From contig JAUYIE010000005.1 in NCBI GenBank assembly GCA_030688365.1, positions 5,764-69,763 on the forward strand: a stretch of 64,000 bases of DNA, given 5' to 3'. Shown piece after piece: positions 32,281-42,085 of the stretch (position 1 is its first letter; every line of letters begins with the position of its first letter). This DNA comes from a bacterium. GTDB lineage: Bacteria; Patescibacteriota; Patescibacteriia; JACQRZ01. The notes under the pieces were generated by a model that was given only the letters and a program-made list of their open reading frames with translations, ran no database searches and was not told the DNA's origin. The translations under genes were made by a program, and so were the position numbers.

Positions 32281-32465
32281 AAAATTTAATATTAATAATG
32301 TTCAGATATTACTATAAAACCTAAACGACTCATGGCCATCATAAAATAATCTTTACTCACACTATGACATAAACTTGTGTTTAATACAACAGTCCTAATT
32401 TGGATTAGCGCAGTCATTTCTTTCTTGCAAACTCTCCTTAAAAAGCATATCGTTAGTAATATAAA

Positions 32466-32700
32466 ACCATGGCGGAAGGGGGGCGTGGGGGGAATTCCGC
32501 CATGTCACCCATTTTAGAATTCCGCGTCTGGATTTTCTTGAAAAAAAGTTCGGATTTCGTTCAGGAGAGACAGGTGTGTGTATATGTCTCCTCTTTCGCC
32601 CCCTTTGGGGGCTTGAGGGTTTTGGAGCCCGCCTGAACCCAACCCCATTTTTTCCCTGAATTCAAAAACAAAATCCCATGGTTTGTTGAAATCCACTTTC
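32466..32700 (-). repeat. Structured repeat, copy B (inverted relative to A)
   Basis: Reverse complement ~97% identical to copy A over ~215 bp including the terminal hairpin; lies ~190 nt upstream (same orientation) of 31393..32280. Confidence 0.8.
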
Positions 32701-32758
32701 CACCTATGGCGGAAACATCCAAAGCGACATACAACATAATTCATAGCCTCCAAGCGAT

Positions 32759-34324
32759 ATGAATACGTTCTTTCTCTACGCTCGCAAGTCAACAGATGAG
32801 CCAGATCGTCAGATATTGAGTATTGAAGCCCAGATCACCGAGCTTCGCGAATTTGCCCAACGAGAACATCTTGATATTGTGGATACATTTATCGAATCCC
32901 AAACAGCAAAAGAACCGGGGCGTCCCATATTCAACAAAATGCTTGATCTCGTAGAGAAAGGTGGTGCAAATGGAATTTTGGCGTGGCATCCCGATAGACT
33001 CGCTCGCAACAGCGTTGATGGGGGGCGCGTAATTTATCTCACCGACACGAGAAATCTCACTGACCTCAAATTCCCTACCTTTTGATTTGATGCCACGCCA
33101 CAGGGCAAATTCATGCTCAATATCGCTTTTGGACAGAGTAAGTACTATGTGGATAATCTCTCGGAGAATGTGAAACGAGGATTACGGCAAAAAGTACGGC
33201 GTGGTGAACAAGTTGGGCGAGCACCGATGGGATATCTCAATGATCTTGTCGCCAAGAAAATGATACCCGACCCCCTACGCTTTCACCTTATTCACAAAAT
33301 GTTTGAACTGTATGTGACTGGTAATTATTCTTTGAAATCCCTCCGAGAGATTATCTTTGAGAAAGGACTGATGAGTGGAACAGACAAAAAGCTCTCTATT
33401 TCGATGATACAAAAAATACTCACCAATCCGATGTATTATGGTGCCTTTCTTTTTAACGGAGAGCTTTTTGCTGGCACTCATGAGCCATGCGTGTCAAAAA
33501 AACTGTTTGATGGAGTGCAAAGTATTCTGACAAGCAAAACAAACCCCAAGAAGCGAGGCGAGAAGCAGTATCCCCTACGAGGATTGTTTGTATGCGGTGA
33601 ATGTGGGTGCAGTATCACGTCAGAAACGCATAAAGGACATGACTACTATCGATGCACCAAGAAAAGGGATGCAAAATGCTCACAGAAATATATTCGAGAA
33701 GAGCTTCTCGCCCAGCAACTATCAACAATAATTCAAAACGTTTCTTTGCCAAAAGATTGGACGGACAATATACTTGAGCAACTACAAACGGAGAAATCGG
33801 ATACCGCCCAATCTGATGCCCTATTCGCTCAAACAATTAAGGATGAGGTAAAAGTATATGAAAACAAGCTTGATACCTTGCTGGACGCACACCTTGAGCA
33901 ACTCATCACGAGAGAAGAATATACCACCAAGAAAAACAAAGTATTGTCTCAAAAGATGGACTTAGAGCAAAAACTAAAGGATTTTGAGCGAAAGGGCAAC
34001 GCATGGCTCGAACGTACTCGTGCGTTCATAAATGCTTGTATCCAAGCGGAAAATGTCGCTTTGGATGAAAATATTTTTGCAAAAAAAGATTTTCTGAAAA
34101 AACACGGCTCGAACCACCTCCTCACTGACAAAACGGCTTGGGTGGATTTTCTCGCACCATGGGATTTTGTTTTTGAATTCAGGGAAAAAATGGGGTTGGG
34201 TTCAGTTGGGATTCAAAACCTTCACGCCCCCAAAGGGGGCGAAAGAGGGGGCATATACACACACCTGCGGGACATGGACTCGAACCATGATACCATCCTC
34301 CAGAGGGATGTGTCCTACCATTAG
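32759..34324 (+). pseudogene. Large serine recombinase interrupted by an in-frame TGA at 33083-33085; C-terminal ~60 codons run through repeat C and tRNA-Gln antisense and are probably not native
   Basis: Resolvase catalytic domain YARKSTDE...SIEAQ...ESQTAKEPGRP; same frame continues after TGA: FDATPQGKFMLNIAFGQSKYYVDNLSENVKRGLRQK, recombinase domain, Cys zinc ribbon CGECGC...YYRC, coiled coil; functional part ends near 34140. Confidence 0.75.
34141..34264 (+). repeat. Structured repeat, copy C (partial, direct), abutting the 3' end of tRNA-Gln
   Basis: Shares ~110 bp core with copies A and B but lacks the terminal hairpin; fused directly to tRNA-Gln. Confidence 0.75.
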
Positions 34325-34335
34325 ACGATCCCGCA
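34265..34335 (-). tRNA. tRNA-Gln (anticodon CTG), U1-A72
   Basis: Minus strand TGCGGGA-TC-GTCT-AATGGTA-GGAC-A-CATCC-CTCTGGA-GGATG-GTAT-CATGG-TTCGAGT-CCATG-TCCCGCA-G. Confidence 0.85.
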
Positions 34336-34358
34336 GGTCTATGTACATGTTATGACTT

Positions 34359-35441
34359 CTACTCTCGTATACATCCTTTCACAATCGCGACTTCAATAGG
34401 CAGTTGTGGCAAAGAAAACCACCGCGCATCCTTTTGTGCCGCCATCCAATGACTGACAAGCGCGAGGATATCTCTCATGCTAAGCAATGTCGCGAGTTCT
34501 GTGAGACTTTTTTCCGTCGTTTCATCCGTATCCACAAGATTGGTCACATTATTTTTATATAACATGATATTGCGCAAGTACTCTATCATATCCCCCACAA
34601 ACACATCAAGATCAACACCATTGTCAATCAACTCCTGTACGATAGCCAATGCTTGTTCATTGCGCTTATGACTTATCGCATCAGCAAGTCGACGCACAGC
34701 GACGTGATCTGTGCGTGGCAACAGCGCAGAGGCAAAATCGTACGTGATCGTATCCCCCAGTGAAAATATCTGTCCCAGCAAACTTTCTGCATCCCGCTGG
34801 CAACCTTGCGAAAGTCGCACAATCTCATTGATCACCTCTTTTTCAACACTCTTTTTTTCTTTTTTTGCAATAAGCATCAAGCGGGCAAACATCTGCTTGG
34901 CAGGAATCTTTTTAAAATCAAACCGTTCGCATCGGGAAATAATAGTAGGCGGTACCTTATGCAACTCTGTCGTAGCAAGGATAAAAACAACATGAGACGG
35001 TGGTTCTTCAATAAGTTTGAGTAGGGCATTAAAGGCAGAGATGGAAAGCATGTGCACTTCATCAATGATAAACACCTTATTCGTAAGTTGCGTGTGAGCT
35101 ACTTTTGCCGTTGCAATGATGTTATCTCGAACATTATCAACGCCAGTGTTGGATGCGGCATCAATCTCAATAATATCTAAACTTCGATGCTCCAAAATAG
35201 AAAGACATGGTTCACACTCATTGCACGGCTCTGGGACGCCTGTTTTACGTTTGATGCAGTTGATAGCGCGCGCAAACACTCTCGCAGTCGTGGTCTTTCC
35301 CACTGCGCGGGGCCCAGCAAACATGTACGCATGTGCAATACTTCCTCTACTGATTTCGTTTTCCAATGTCATCTTGATGGGCTCTTGCCCTATGATATCG
35401 GCAAACAACTGCGGACGATATTTTCTATAGAGAGCGCTCAT
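34359..35441 (-). CDS. dnaX: DNA polymerase III subunit gamma/tau (short form)
   Basis: FAGPRAVGKTTTARVFA Walker A, zinc module CNECEPC, DEVHML, SRC; 360 aa. Confidence 0.85.
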   Translation of the reverse strand: MSALYRKYRPQLFADIIGQEPIKMTLENEISRGSIAHAYMFAGPRAVGKTTTARVFARAINCIKRKTGVPEPCNECEPCLSILEHRSLDIIEIDAASNTGVDNVRDNIIATAKVAHTQLTNKVFIIDEVHMLSISAFNALLKLIEEPPSHVVFILATTELHKVPPTIISRCERFDFKKIPAKQMFARLMLIAKKEKKSVEKEVINEIVRLSQGCQRDAESLLGQIFSLGDTITYDFASALLPRTDHVAVRRLADAISHKRNEQALAIVQELIDNGVDLDVFVGDMIEYLRNIMLYKNNVTNLVDTDETTEKSLTELATLLSMRDILALVSHWMAAQKDARWFSLPQLPIEVAIVKGCIRE

Positions 35442-35443
35442 GG

Positions 35444-36322
35444 CTAAAACTTTTTAATAATATTTTCTACCGCAGCCCATTGTGTTGACTTATCCCGAGG
35501 GATCAGGATCACTACTTCATCACCGGGTACGCCTTTGAAATACGTAACGCTGGCAGTCAGCACGCGCCATACCTGTCCTTCGCCTTTTACCACAAACGTA
35601 TGTGTTTCCTCATCTGTTTCCAGTATGCCTATCACTCTGCGACGTGCAATCGGCCCTATTTGTTTATAAATAAACGATCCATTGTGACTAATGGTCAATT
35701 TTAGTATATCACCTTCTACGAGTTTTGATTTGGAGGCATAGTTGGGTGGTATAGAATACTGTTTACCATCCGGCCCGACCATCCCCTGCCCGTCAAACAT
35801 TCCTTCAAGGATATTTCCCTCATCGCCGTTGTTATCAATATGTGCCGGTGCAGTTCCAGGATGAAAAATATGCCGTGTCGTATCAATCGCCATACCAGGT
35901 ACGAGTTGTGAGAGTTGTGAAAATCGTGCAGCATCGTGAGTACCCATAGGTGTACCATCGCTTGCCAACTCTTCACTCAACAAATCAATCGCTTTTTGTG
36001 CGTTCTTTTTTATATCTTCAAGTGTGTGTTTTAAAAGTTCCAAACGCGGGTGTGCAGAGGGTTGTGTTATAGAGGCGGGAGCGACAGGAGTGGACGGATG
36101 AGCTACGGGATCTACAGCATCTGTTGGTTGTATTGTCACTTCCGTGTCGCTTAGCATCTCTTTTTCTATATCAGAAAGCGCATCATCAAGACTTTTTTCG
36201 CTTGGATGTTCAGATGAGACGACACTGGGAGTGGTAGTTGGTAAGGGGGTAGTTGGGGGATCATTAGGTGTTATGTTACCCAGATTTTGCTGTTTCGGAA
36301 AAAACCAGAATGGATCTGACAT
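35444..36322 (-). CDS. Pro/Thr-rich hypothetical protein with C-terminal beta domain
   Basis: Low-complexity PTTPLPTTTP linker; C-terminal FVVKGEGQVWRVLTASVTYFKGVPGDEVVI. Confidence 0.3.
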   Translation of the reverse strand: MSDPFWFFPKQQNLGNITPNDPPTTPLPTTTPSVVSSEHPSEKSLDDALSDIEKEMLSDTEVTIQPTDAVDPVAHPSTPVAPASITQPSAHPRLELLKHTLEDIKKNAQKAIDLLSEELASDGTPMGTHDAARFSQLSQLVPGMAIDTTRHIFHPGTAPAHIDNNGDEGNILEGMFDGQGMVGPDGKQYSIPPNYASKSKLVEGDILKLTISHNGSFIYKQIGPIARRRVIGILETDEETHTFVVKGEGQVWRVLTASVTYFKGVPGDEVVILIPRDKSTQWAAVENIIKKF

Positions 36323-36408
36323 ATCTTTTTTCTTTATATTTTAGTCTGTTTTTGTTTATTGTTTTGATCCTAGCATTTTTTACAATGTATTTCAAGCCCT
36401 CTTTTGGT

Positions 36409-38979
36409 CTACTCCTCTTCTCCGCTCTGATCGTCCTCATCTTCATCTTCGTCGTCTGGAGTCTCATGTTTGGCGCGCCGTAAGATTTCACGCTCCACCA
36501 ATTCACGATCTCTCCCATATTTGAGTTGAGATAGCTGACCGATCGCATTTGCGATTTCGTCGTCACCGGCAGTTGGCGCAAACGTACGCATATTAAACGG
36601 GCGCGCAGCCGTTCCATTAATCAGTAAACGCACATACGCGTGTGTACGCTCTATATTTATTACATCAAACTCATTAAACACAGGTGCCATTTGTTTTGCA
36701 ATCAATTCGGCATCATCCACACCCACGCGAAAGTTGACAATCGTTCCTACGTTTCCAAATACTGCATCACGAACTTTGGTATCGCCAGTCTTTGGTGTAA
36801 GTTGTGCAATATATTGATGCCCGATAGTCAAACACAGACGGTATTTACGCGCCTCTGACAAAATAATCGCAATGCTGTCAGTGATAAAATTTTGAAACTC
36901 GTCAATATACAAGAAAAAATCTTGACGTTGCTCCGGATCCGCGATATCACCACGCGACAATGCGGCCATGGTTATTTTACCTACCATAATCAATCCTAAA
37001 AGATACGCGTTAAGATCGCCCAACTGCCCTTTGCTCAATTTCACTAACAAAATCTTTTTTTGATCCATGACCTCGCGCACATTAAATGCGCTTGTCTGTT
37101 GTCCAATGATCGGACGCATGATGTCATTGGATACAAATTGATTCAATTTTGAAGTAATATAGGGCACCATATTGGCAAGAGCCGCTTCACCGCCTGCTTT
37201 TTGCGCTTCCTTTACCCAAAAATCACTCACGACGGAATTTTTACATTTTGACAACTTATATGATCTAAACTCTTCATCAGCCAACACTTTTGAAACTTCC
37301 ATAAGTGTAGACCCTGACTCGGGATCCTCCATGATTAAAAGTAACGCATTACGCAAATATTGTTCAAACATCGGCCCGCCAGTGGCTCGCAAATCATACA
37401 GTTTATCCAAAATCATCACAAACTCATTGATAACGAACGTTTTTTGTTCGGGATATTTCGGATCAAACTCCAAAAGATTCAGCCCCTTAGGACGCTGGTA
37501 ATCAGCAGGATCAAACAAAATCACATCATCAGCTCGCTCCGGTGGTACCAGAGAAAGAATATGATCAACCGCTTCACCATGAGGATCAATAAAGCAACAA
37601 CCTTCTCCATTTTTGATATCCTGAATAATCATGTTTTCCATCAATGTTGTTTTTCCCGAGCCAGTCATACCGATGACATACGTGTGTCTACGACGATCAT
37701 CGCGAAGCATGTGTACTGGCGTTGCCGTACCTCTATATACATTTTCTCCCAACAATACCCCTTCCTGTGGCATATTGACGGGAGGTGGAGCACTGCGTGA
37801 TTTGAGCCAATCAATATTGGGTGTCTCGGTTGTACTTAATGGCAAATGAAAAATACTCGCCAATTCCTCGGCATTTAAAATAAAACAATGACGCGCGTCA
37901 AAATGGCGATAAATTGAATGTTCCACCATTGCTGATTTTGGTATCCTCTTATTTTTAACCAATGCGATATTTGATTCCGGGCCAGTATATTGCGCAAATG
38001 AATTGACTACATTGTATACTTGCATATCTGCCAATTCTTGTGTTTGTGCAGATCCGATAATACGTATATTCACTTGAAAGCCCGCCTTTGATCCTTTTTC
38101 CTCAACTACTTTGACTAATTCTTGTTCTAGAGGAGACATACGATATTCAGGAGAGGGATGTGCCGTGTTTTTACCTGTTGATCTTAATATGTCTACCGTG
38201 GTACCCCCTGCAGTATTTAAAGCACCCCATGCAATATCGCCTATTGAACCGACATGTGCCGCCTGCATCGCCTCTTTAACACTTTTTCCTTTCTGCATTT
38301 CGCGAGCAAATGCTTGTCCTTTTGTGCGCCATCCTCGTGGAGCAGTACGGATAGTCATTTGCAATATGATACCTTGTCCTTGTCCCGCCTTACTCAATGC
38401 GTTGGTCAATGCATTGAGTGGGTCAGAATCCATTTTGCGATACGTCCGTAATGGAAAAACCCAATGCCTGTTCAGCTGCAATGTAGCCGCTGCGACACTG
38501 CCATGCGGTAAAAAAATATTATAATCCGGCGTTTCTTCAATCTGCGCCGAAGGATATTGGGCGAGCAACTGTTGTTCAAAAAAACTTTGCAAATAATCGG
38601 GAACAATAGCAAAAAATTTAATAAGTCCGTCAATGGCGACAATTTCAAATGTAATTTCATCTTCCCGACCCAAAAAAAATGCTTTAAATATATCGCGCGA
38701 TCGCATTCCACCAAGACCTAAATACAGAGATTCAGCAACGGCTACCACTTCTTGATATTCTCCCTTTCCTCCTTTATCTTCTTCTTCTCCCTTTGACCCC
38801 TCCTTAGAAACGCGCAATTGAAAGACTTTTTTATGCAATGCATTGTGCGCAATATGCTGACGAACAAGAATCGCGCGGATTATCATCACAACCAAAACTA
38901 TTACAAGACATATCAGGATTGTCCACCAGAAAGTGGCAAAGAGGATATTGGTGGCAATAAGGTTGCTGATGACGTCCAT
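36409..38979 (-). CDS. Membrane-anchored VirD4/TraD-like AAA ATPase (type IV coupling-protein-like, DUF87/TrwB-type)
   Basis: N-terminal TM helices; Walker A GMTGSGKTT; Walker B LYIDEFQNF; acidic C-terminal tail. Confidence 0.5.
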   Translation of the reverse strand: MDVISNLIATNILFATFWWTILICLVIVLVVMIIRAILVRQHIAHNALHKKVFQLRVSKEGSKGEEEDKGGKGEYQEVVAVAESLYLGLGGMRSRDIFKAFFLGREDEITFEIVAIDGLIKFFAIVPDYLQSFFEQQLLAQYPSAQIEETPDYNIFLPHGSVAAATLQLNRHWVFPLRTYRKMDSDPLNALTNALSKAGQGQGIILQMTIRTAPRGWRTKGQAFAREMQKGKSVKEAMQAAHVGSIGDIAWGALNTAGGTTVDILRSTGKNTAHPSPEYRMSPLEQELVKVVEEKGSKAGFQVNIRIIGSAQTQELADMQVYNVVNSFAQYTGPESNIALVKNKRIPKSAMVEHSIYRHFDARHCFILNAEELASIFHLPLSTTETPNIDWLKSRSAPPPVNMPQEGVLLGENVYRGTATPVHMLRDDRRRHTYVIGMTGSGKTTLMENMIIQDIKNGEGCCFIDPHGEAVDHILSLVPPERADDVILFDPADYQRPKGLNLLEFDPKYPEQKTFVINEFVMILDKLYDLRATGGPMFEQYLRNALLLIMEDPESGSTLMEVSKVLADEEFRSYKLSKCKNSVVSDFWVKEAQKAGGEAALANMVPYITSKLNQFVSNDIMRPIIGQQTSAFNVREVMDQKKILLVKLSKGQLGDLNAYLLGLIMVGKITMAALSRGDIADPEQRQDFFLYIDEFQNFITDSIAIILSEARKYRLCLTIGHQYIAQLTPKTGDTKVRDAVFGNVGTIVNFRVGVDDAELIAKQMAPVFNEFDVINIERTHAYVRLLINGTAARPFNMRTFAPTAGDDEIANAIGQLSQLKYGRDRELVEREILRRAKHETPDDEDEDEDDQSGEEE

Positions 38980-38982
38980 AGT

Positions 38983-39468
38983 TTATTCTTTTGTGTTGAG
39001 AAATAATATCTTCTCGGCTTTAATTTTTGCTTCCTGTTCCAAAAAATACTGATTCACTCGCGGAATAAGCAACAACCATCGTCGGATCAATGATACGAGG
39101 TAATCAATTTTTACCTTCACGTGAGCTAAAAGATATTCAATACGTGAAGCAGTCAGCTCACCCTGTTGGCGAAAGGTCAACTGACGATCTGGTTCAAGCT
39201 CTAAATACAAAGAACGAAGATCTTCTTCAAGTATCTTCTCTATGTTATGTCGGAGGGGAGATTTTGTTGTGGCTACCAACGCTGTTTGTTGTGAAGCAAC
39301 CGGCACGATCGCCGTAGGAGGCGACTCTTGATTTACTGACTGTTTTTCTTGTTGCGGTATCTCTCGTTCATCTGCCTTTTCTTGTTTTGGTATCATCAAT
39401 TCAGGCGTTGGCATTATCTCCGGTATTTGAAATGTCTTTTCACCCACGGGGCGAGCGGAATCAGGCAT
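38983..39468 (-). CDS. Hypothetical protein
   Basis: 161 aa ORF immediately downstream of the ATPase. Confidence 0.3.
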   Translation of the reverse strand: MPDSARPVGEKTFQIPEIMPTPELMIPKQEKADEREIPQQEKQSVNQESPPTAIVPVASQQTALVATTKSPLRHNIEKILEEDLRSLYLELEPDRQLTFRQQGELTASRIEYLLAHVKVKIDYLVSLIRRWLLLIPRVNQYFLEQEAKIKAEKILFLNTKE

Positions 39469-39483
39469 ACACTAATGACTTAT

Positions 39484-40005
39484 TTACTTCACTTCCTTTC
39501 GTCGCATTAAAAGCATAGCGAGTATGGGACCAAGCATCCAGATAGAGCGGGAAAGAGATGAAGTAAAAAATTGAGTTGAGATCGCACTGTTAATTGATTC
39601 TTGTGGTAAAAACATCAATACACTACTCATCAACAAACCTACTTGCAATGCACTTAACAAAATACCGTGAATCCATGAATGTCCTCCTTCTGCACGCAAT
39701 GCCATATTGTGAGAAAATAAAACATACAACAACAAAAAAGTGCCGACAAAAATGCCAAGCTGATACATGAAAAATTGCGATGGCTGAACCGCCGCAAGCC
39801 AATCTTTGATTGCAGGGGTGAGCATGGTAACCGACAATGCGGAATAAATACTGATAAGCACTACCGTCAATCGTTCACGACTGGCAAAGAATGAATATAA
39901 AATCACTGCCAGAATATAAAACAAGATTAAAAAGGTATCCCAGCTAGGATTACTAAGATTAACAAACGACGAATCAACATTTACATTTACAAATGATGCA
40001 AGCAT
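39484..40005 (-). CDS. Hypothetical polytopic membrane protein
   Basis: 173 aa with ~5 TM helices. Confidence 0.35.
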   Translation of the reverse strand: MLASFVNVNVDSSFVNLSNPSWDTFLILFYILAVILYSFFASRERLTVVLISIYSALSVTMLTPAIKDWLAAVQPSQFFMYQLGIFVGTFLLLYVLFSHNMALRAEGGHSWIHGILLSALQVGLLMSSVLMFLPQESINSAISTQFFTSSLSRSIWMLGPILAMLLMRRKEVK

Positions 40006-40081
40006 GGAAATAGTAACTCTCTTTCGTTATACATACAGTATACCACGAACAAGAAATATTATGGACAATGATATCCACACC

Positions 40082-42064
40082 TTAATATACGATCAATAAA
40101 CGTAATTTTTCCGTATCACCTGATATCTTTATTGTATTTAAACTACTCGGATTTCCCGTAGCTCCCCACATCGTATGCGATCCATCCAAAGTGATGTGCT
40201 CGGTATTTTCATTGGAAACCACATCAAATATATGAGGATCAATAGATAGATTCTCTATGTGTTTTATTAAATATAGTGTTTCGGGTACTGTGTCTGATAT
40301 CTCCGCATCGTGATGTAATGTATCACGAATACCATTTTCTTCGTCTCCAAATGTCAATCCAACGATTGCGGTCAAAGCAGTGGCATATTTCGCTTTGCCA
40401 TACGCGTGGGGAATTTTTATGTGATAACCGGATGCATCATGCACTAAATAATCTTTCAACGTATCATGATACACAATACGCGTATATTCTGTCGCACCAA
40501 GCCGATCAAGCCCTAATCCTAGATATAAACGATCTATAGGAGTCAACGTTGGATTATTGAGCAGATTCACTTGTTCTTGGACATAGGGCTGTCCCAAAGA
40601 CGCGAGACCAAAGGCCGCTTGTGCACGATCTGATGCTGTCGCATCATAAGAAAAATATACTGATTCAAAATAGGCCGTCAATGTACTTTTTGGAAAAAAT
40701 GAGACATTCGCATACGCAATCAATGCCAATAACTCTGTCACTGAAAGTTCATCATTGGGATACCCAAAACTATGCTGATTATTCACTGTTGTATTGATTT
40801 TTATTTGTGAAAATGAAGGATTTCCCAAGCCGTACGTTTCAAAATAAGAACGTATGATAGCTTCGTCTATCTTGCTATGAAGATCGCCATACGTGTAAAA
40901 ACCCATCAGAGCTCGTTGCCATGTTGCTGCTAATTCTGCCGGTACTACATACGCGTCCATATTCACTTGAGATGGCAGTTGATCAAATGGTATCGCTTCA
41001 TCCAGACCTAACGATATGACACCGCGATAGGTATTCATATCTACTGTGGTAACCTCATTTTTTCTTTCAAAAGGATACATACCAAAATCATGAAGCGCCA
41101 TCTGTTGTTGTACCGTCAATGAAATCCTCAATCGATCCGGAATAAACGATTCAGGATTAGATAATGATGCGCCGGTACTTTTTGTAAATGTCTGAAAACG
41201 GAGCGCGATATCATGATCCAAAACCGAACCACTTTTTTTGATAGGCATACCCTTTTTTAACGTAACAGTATACCATGTAGAATCCTGCCAAAACTTTTTT
41301 GGAACAAATAAATATTGATTAAAATGCTGTGTAATCGTTCCTTCCATTGCCGGTTGAATATTTAAAAACGTACTCATCACCATCGGATCAATATTATCAG
41401 TGCTCATAGTCAATAAGATCGGACTATTTACAGAGACATTGATTGCGTTATCGCGTGGCATACTTTCCCGAACATACAATGATCTCTTAACTTCATACCC
41501 CCATTGATACTTTCTTAATATACGTACTTCGTTTTGCACATAAAATGTGTCTAATGAAAAACGATACAATGTTCCGTCTTTTAGAGGGATCGTTGGTTTT
41601 ATCTTTATTTCCCGAGATGATTTTGAGATCACATCATAATCAAATGCAGGCGCAATAGCCAAATGAAACAAGACCGTATCAACGTCCATGTCTGTTTTAC
41701 TTGTCAAAACTATCTCGGACTGTGCACCCATCCCCATAGCATCAAATTCAACAGGATTTAAACCAAAGTTGTCTTCCCCGACTGATGAAGATACGATCAC
41801 CTCCCCCATCGCTTGAGGTGAATTTTCATCAATAATTGTAGTGTCCACAACATCCGTTGGTGTGGATTGTTCTAGATGCGTCGTCGGCCATTTTGGTATT
41901 AAAAAAAGAAGACGTGATCCTCCTATAAACACACCTGCTACAAGCACAACACAGATCGCGCCTACGATTGATATAACCACAAGATTTTTCCTCCACCATT
42001 GATGCGGAATGAGTTGAGGTGCAGGCGTCCGTCGCGGTGGTAATGAAGAAATCGGTGACGGCAT
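40082..42064 (-). CDS. Large membrane-anchored extracytoplasmic hypothetical protein
   Basis: 660 aa; N-terminal TM (VVISIVGAICVVLVAGVFIGG) then beta-rich domain. Confidence 0.4.
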   Translation of the reverse strand: MPSPISSLPPRRTPAPQLIPHQWWRKNLVVISIVGAICVVLVAGVFIGGSRLLFLIPKWPTTHLEQSTPTDVVDTTIIDENSPQAMGEVIVSSSVGEDNFGLNPVEFDAMGMGAQSEIVLTSKTDMDVDTVLFHLAIAPAFDYDVISKSSREIKIKPTIPLKDGTLYRFSLDTFYVQNEVRILRKYQWGYEVKRSLYVRESMPRDNAINVSVNSPILLTMSTDNIDPMVMSTFLNIQPAMEGTITQHFNQYLFVPKKFWQDSTWYTVTLKKGMPIKKSGSVLDHDIALRFQTFTKSTGASLSNPESFIPDRLRISLTVQQQMALHDFGMYPFERKNEVTTVDMNTYRGVISLGLDEAIPFDQLPSQVNMDAYVVPAELAATWQRALMGFYTYGDLHSKIDEAIIRSYFETYGLGNPSFSQIKINTTVNNQHSFGYPNDELSVTELLALIAYANVSFFPKSTLTAYFESVYFSYDATASDRAQAAFGLASLGQPYVQEQVNLLNNPTLTPIDRLYLGLGLDRLGATEYTRIVYHDTLKDYLVHDASGYHIKIPHAYGKAKYATALTAIVGLTFGDEENGIRDTLHHDAEISDTVPETLYLIKHIENLSIDPHIFDVVSNENTEHITLDGSHTMWGATGNPSSLNTIKISGDTEKLRLLIVY

Positions 42065-42085
42065 GGGTACGTAGAAAAAAGCGTT

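Larger units (their letters stand above)
30197..34264. mobile_element. Remnant of an integrative element at tRNA-Gln: serine recombinase pseudogene, dinD-like two-gene cargo, three copies of a structured repeat; left boundary uncertain (may extend to ~29.2 kb)
   Basis: Recombinase adjacent to tRNA 3' end, cargo typical of mobile DNA, repeat copies, no clean attL/attR duplication of the tRNA 3' end found. Confidence 0.5.

Noticed and set aside
32514-32792. Minus-strand 92 aa ORF, and the tail of 33113..34324, both encoding ...WDFVFEFREKMGLGS.G.QN..APKGGERG.IYTHL
   Set aside because: These are translations of repeat copies B and C. Treated as repeat/RNA rather than genes, although a conserved 56-codon ORF within the repeat is noted in findings.
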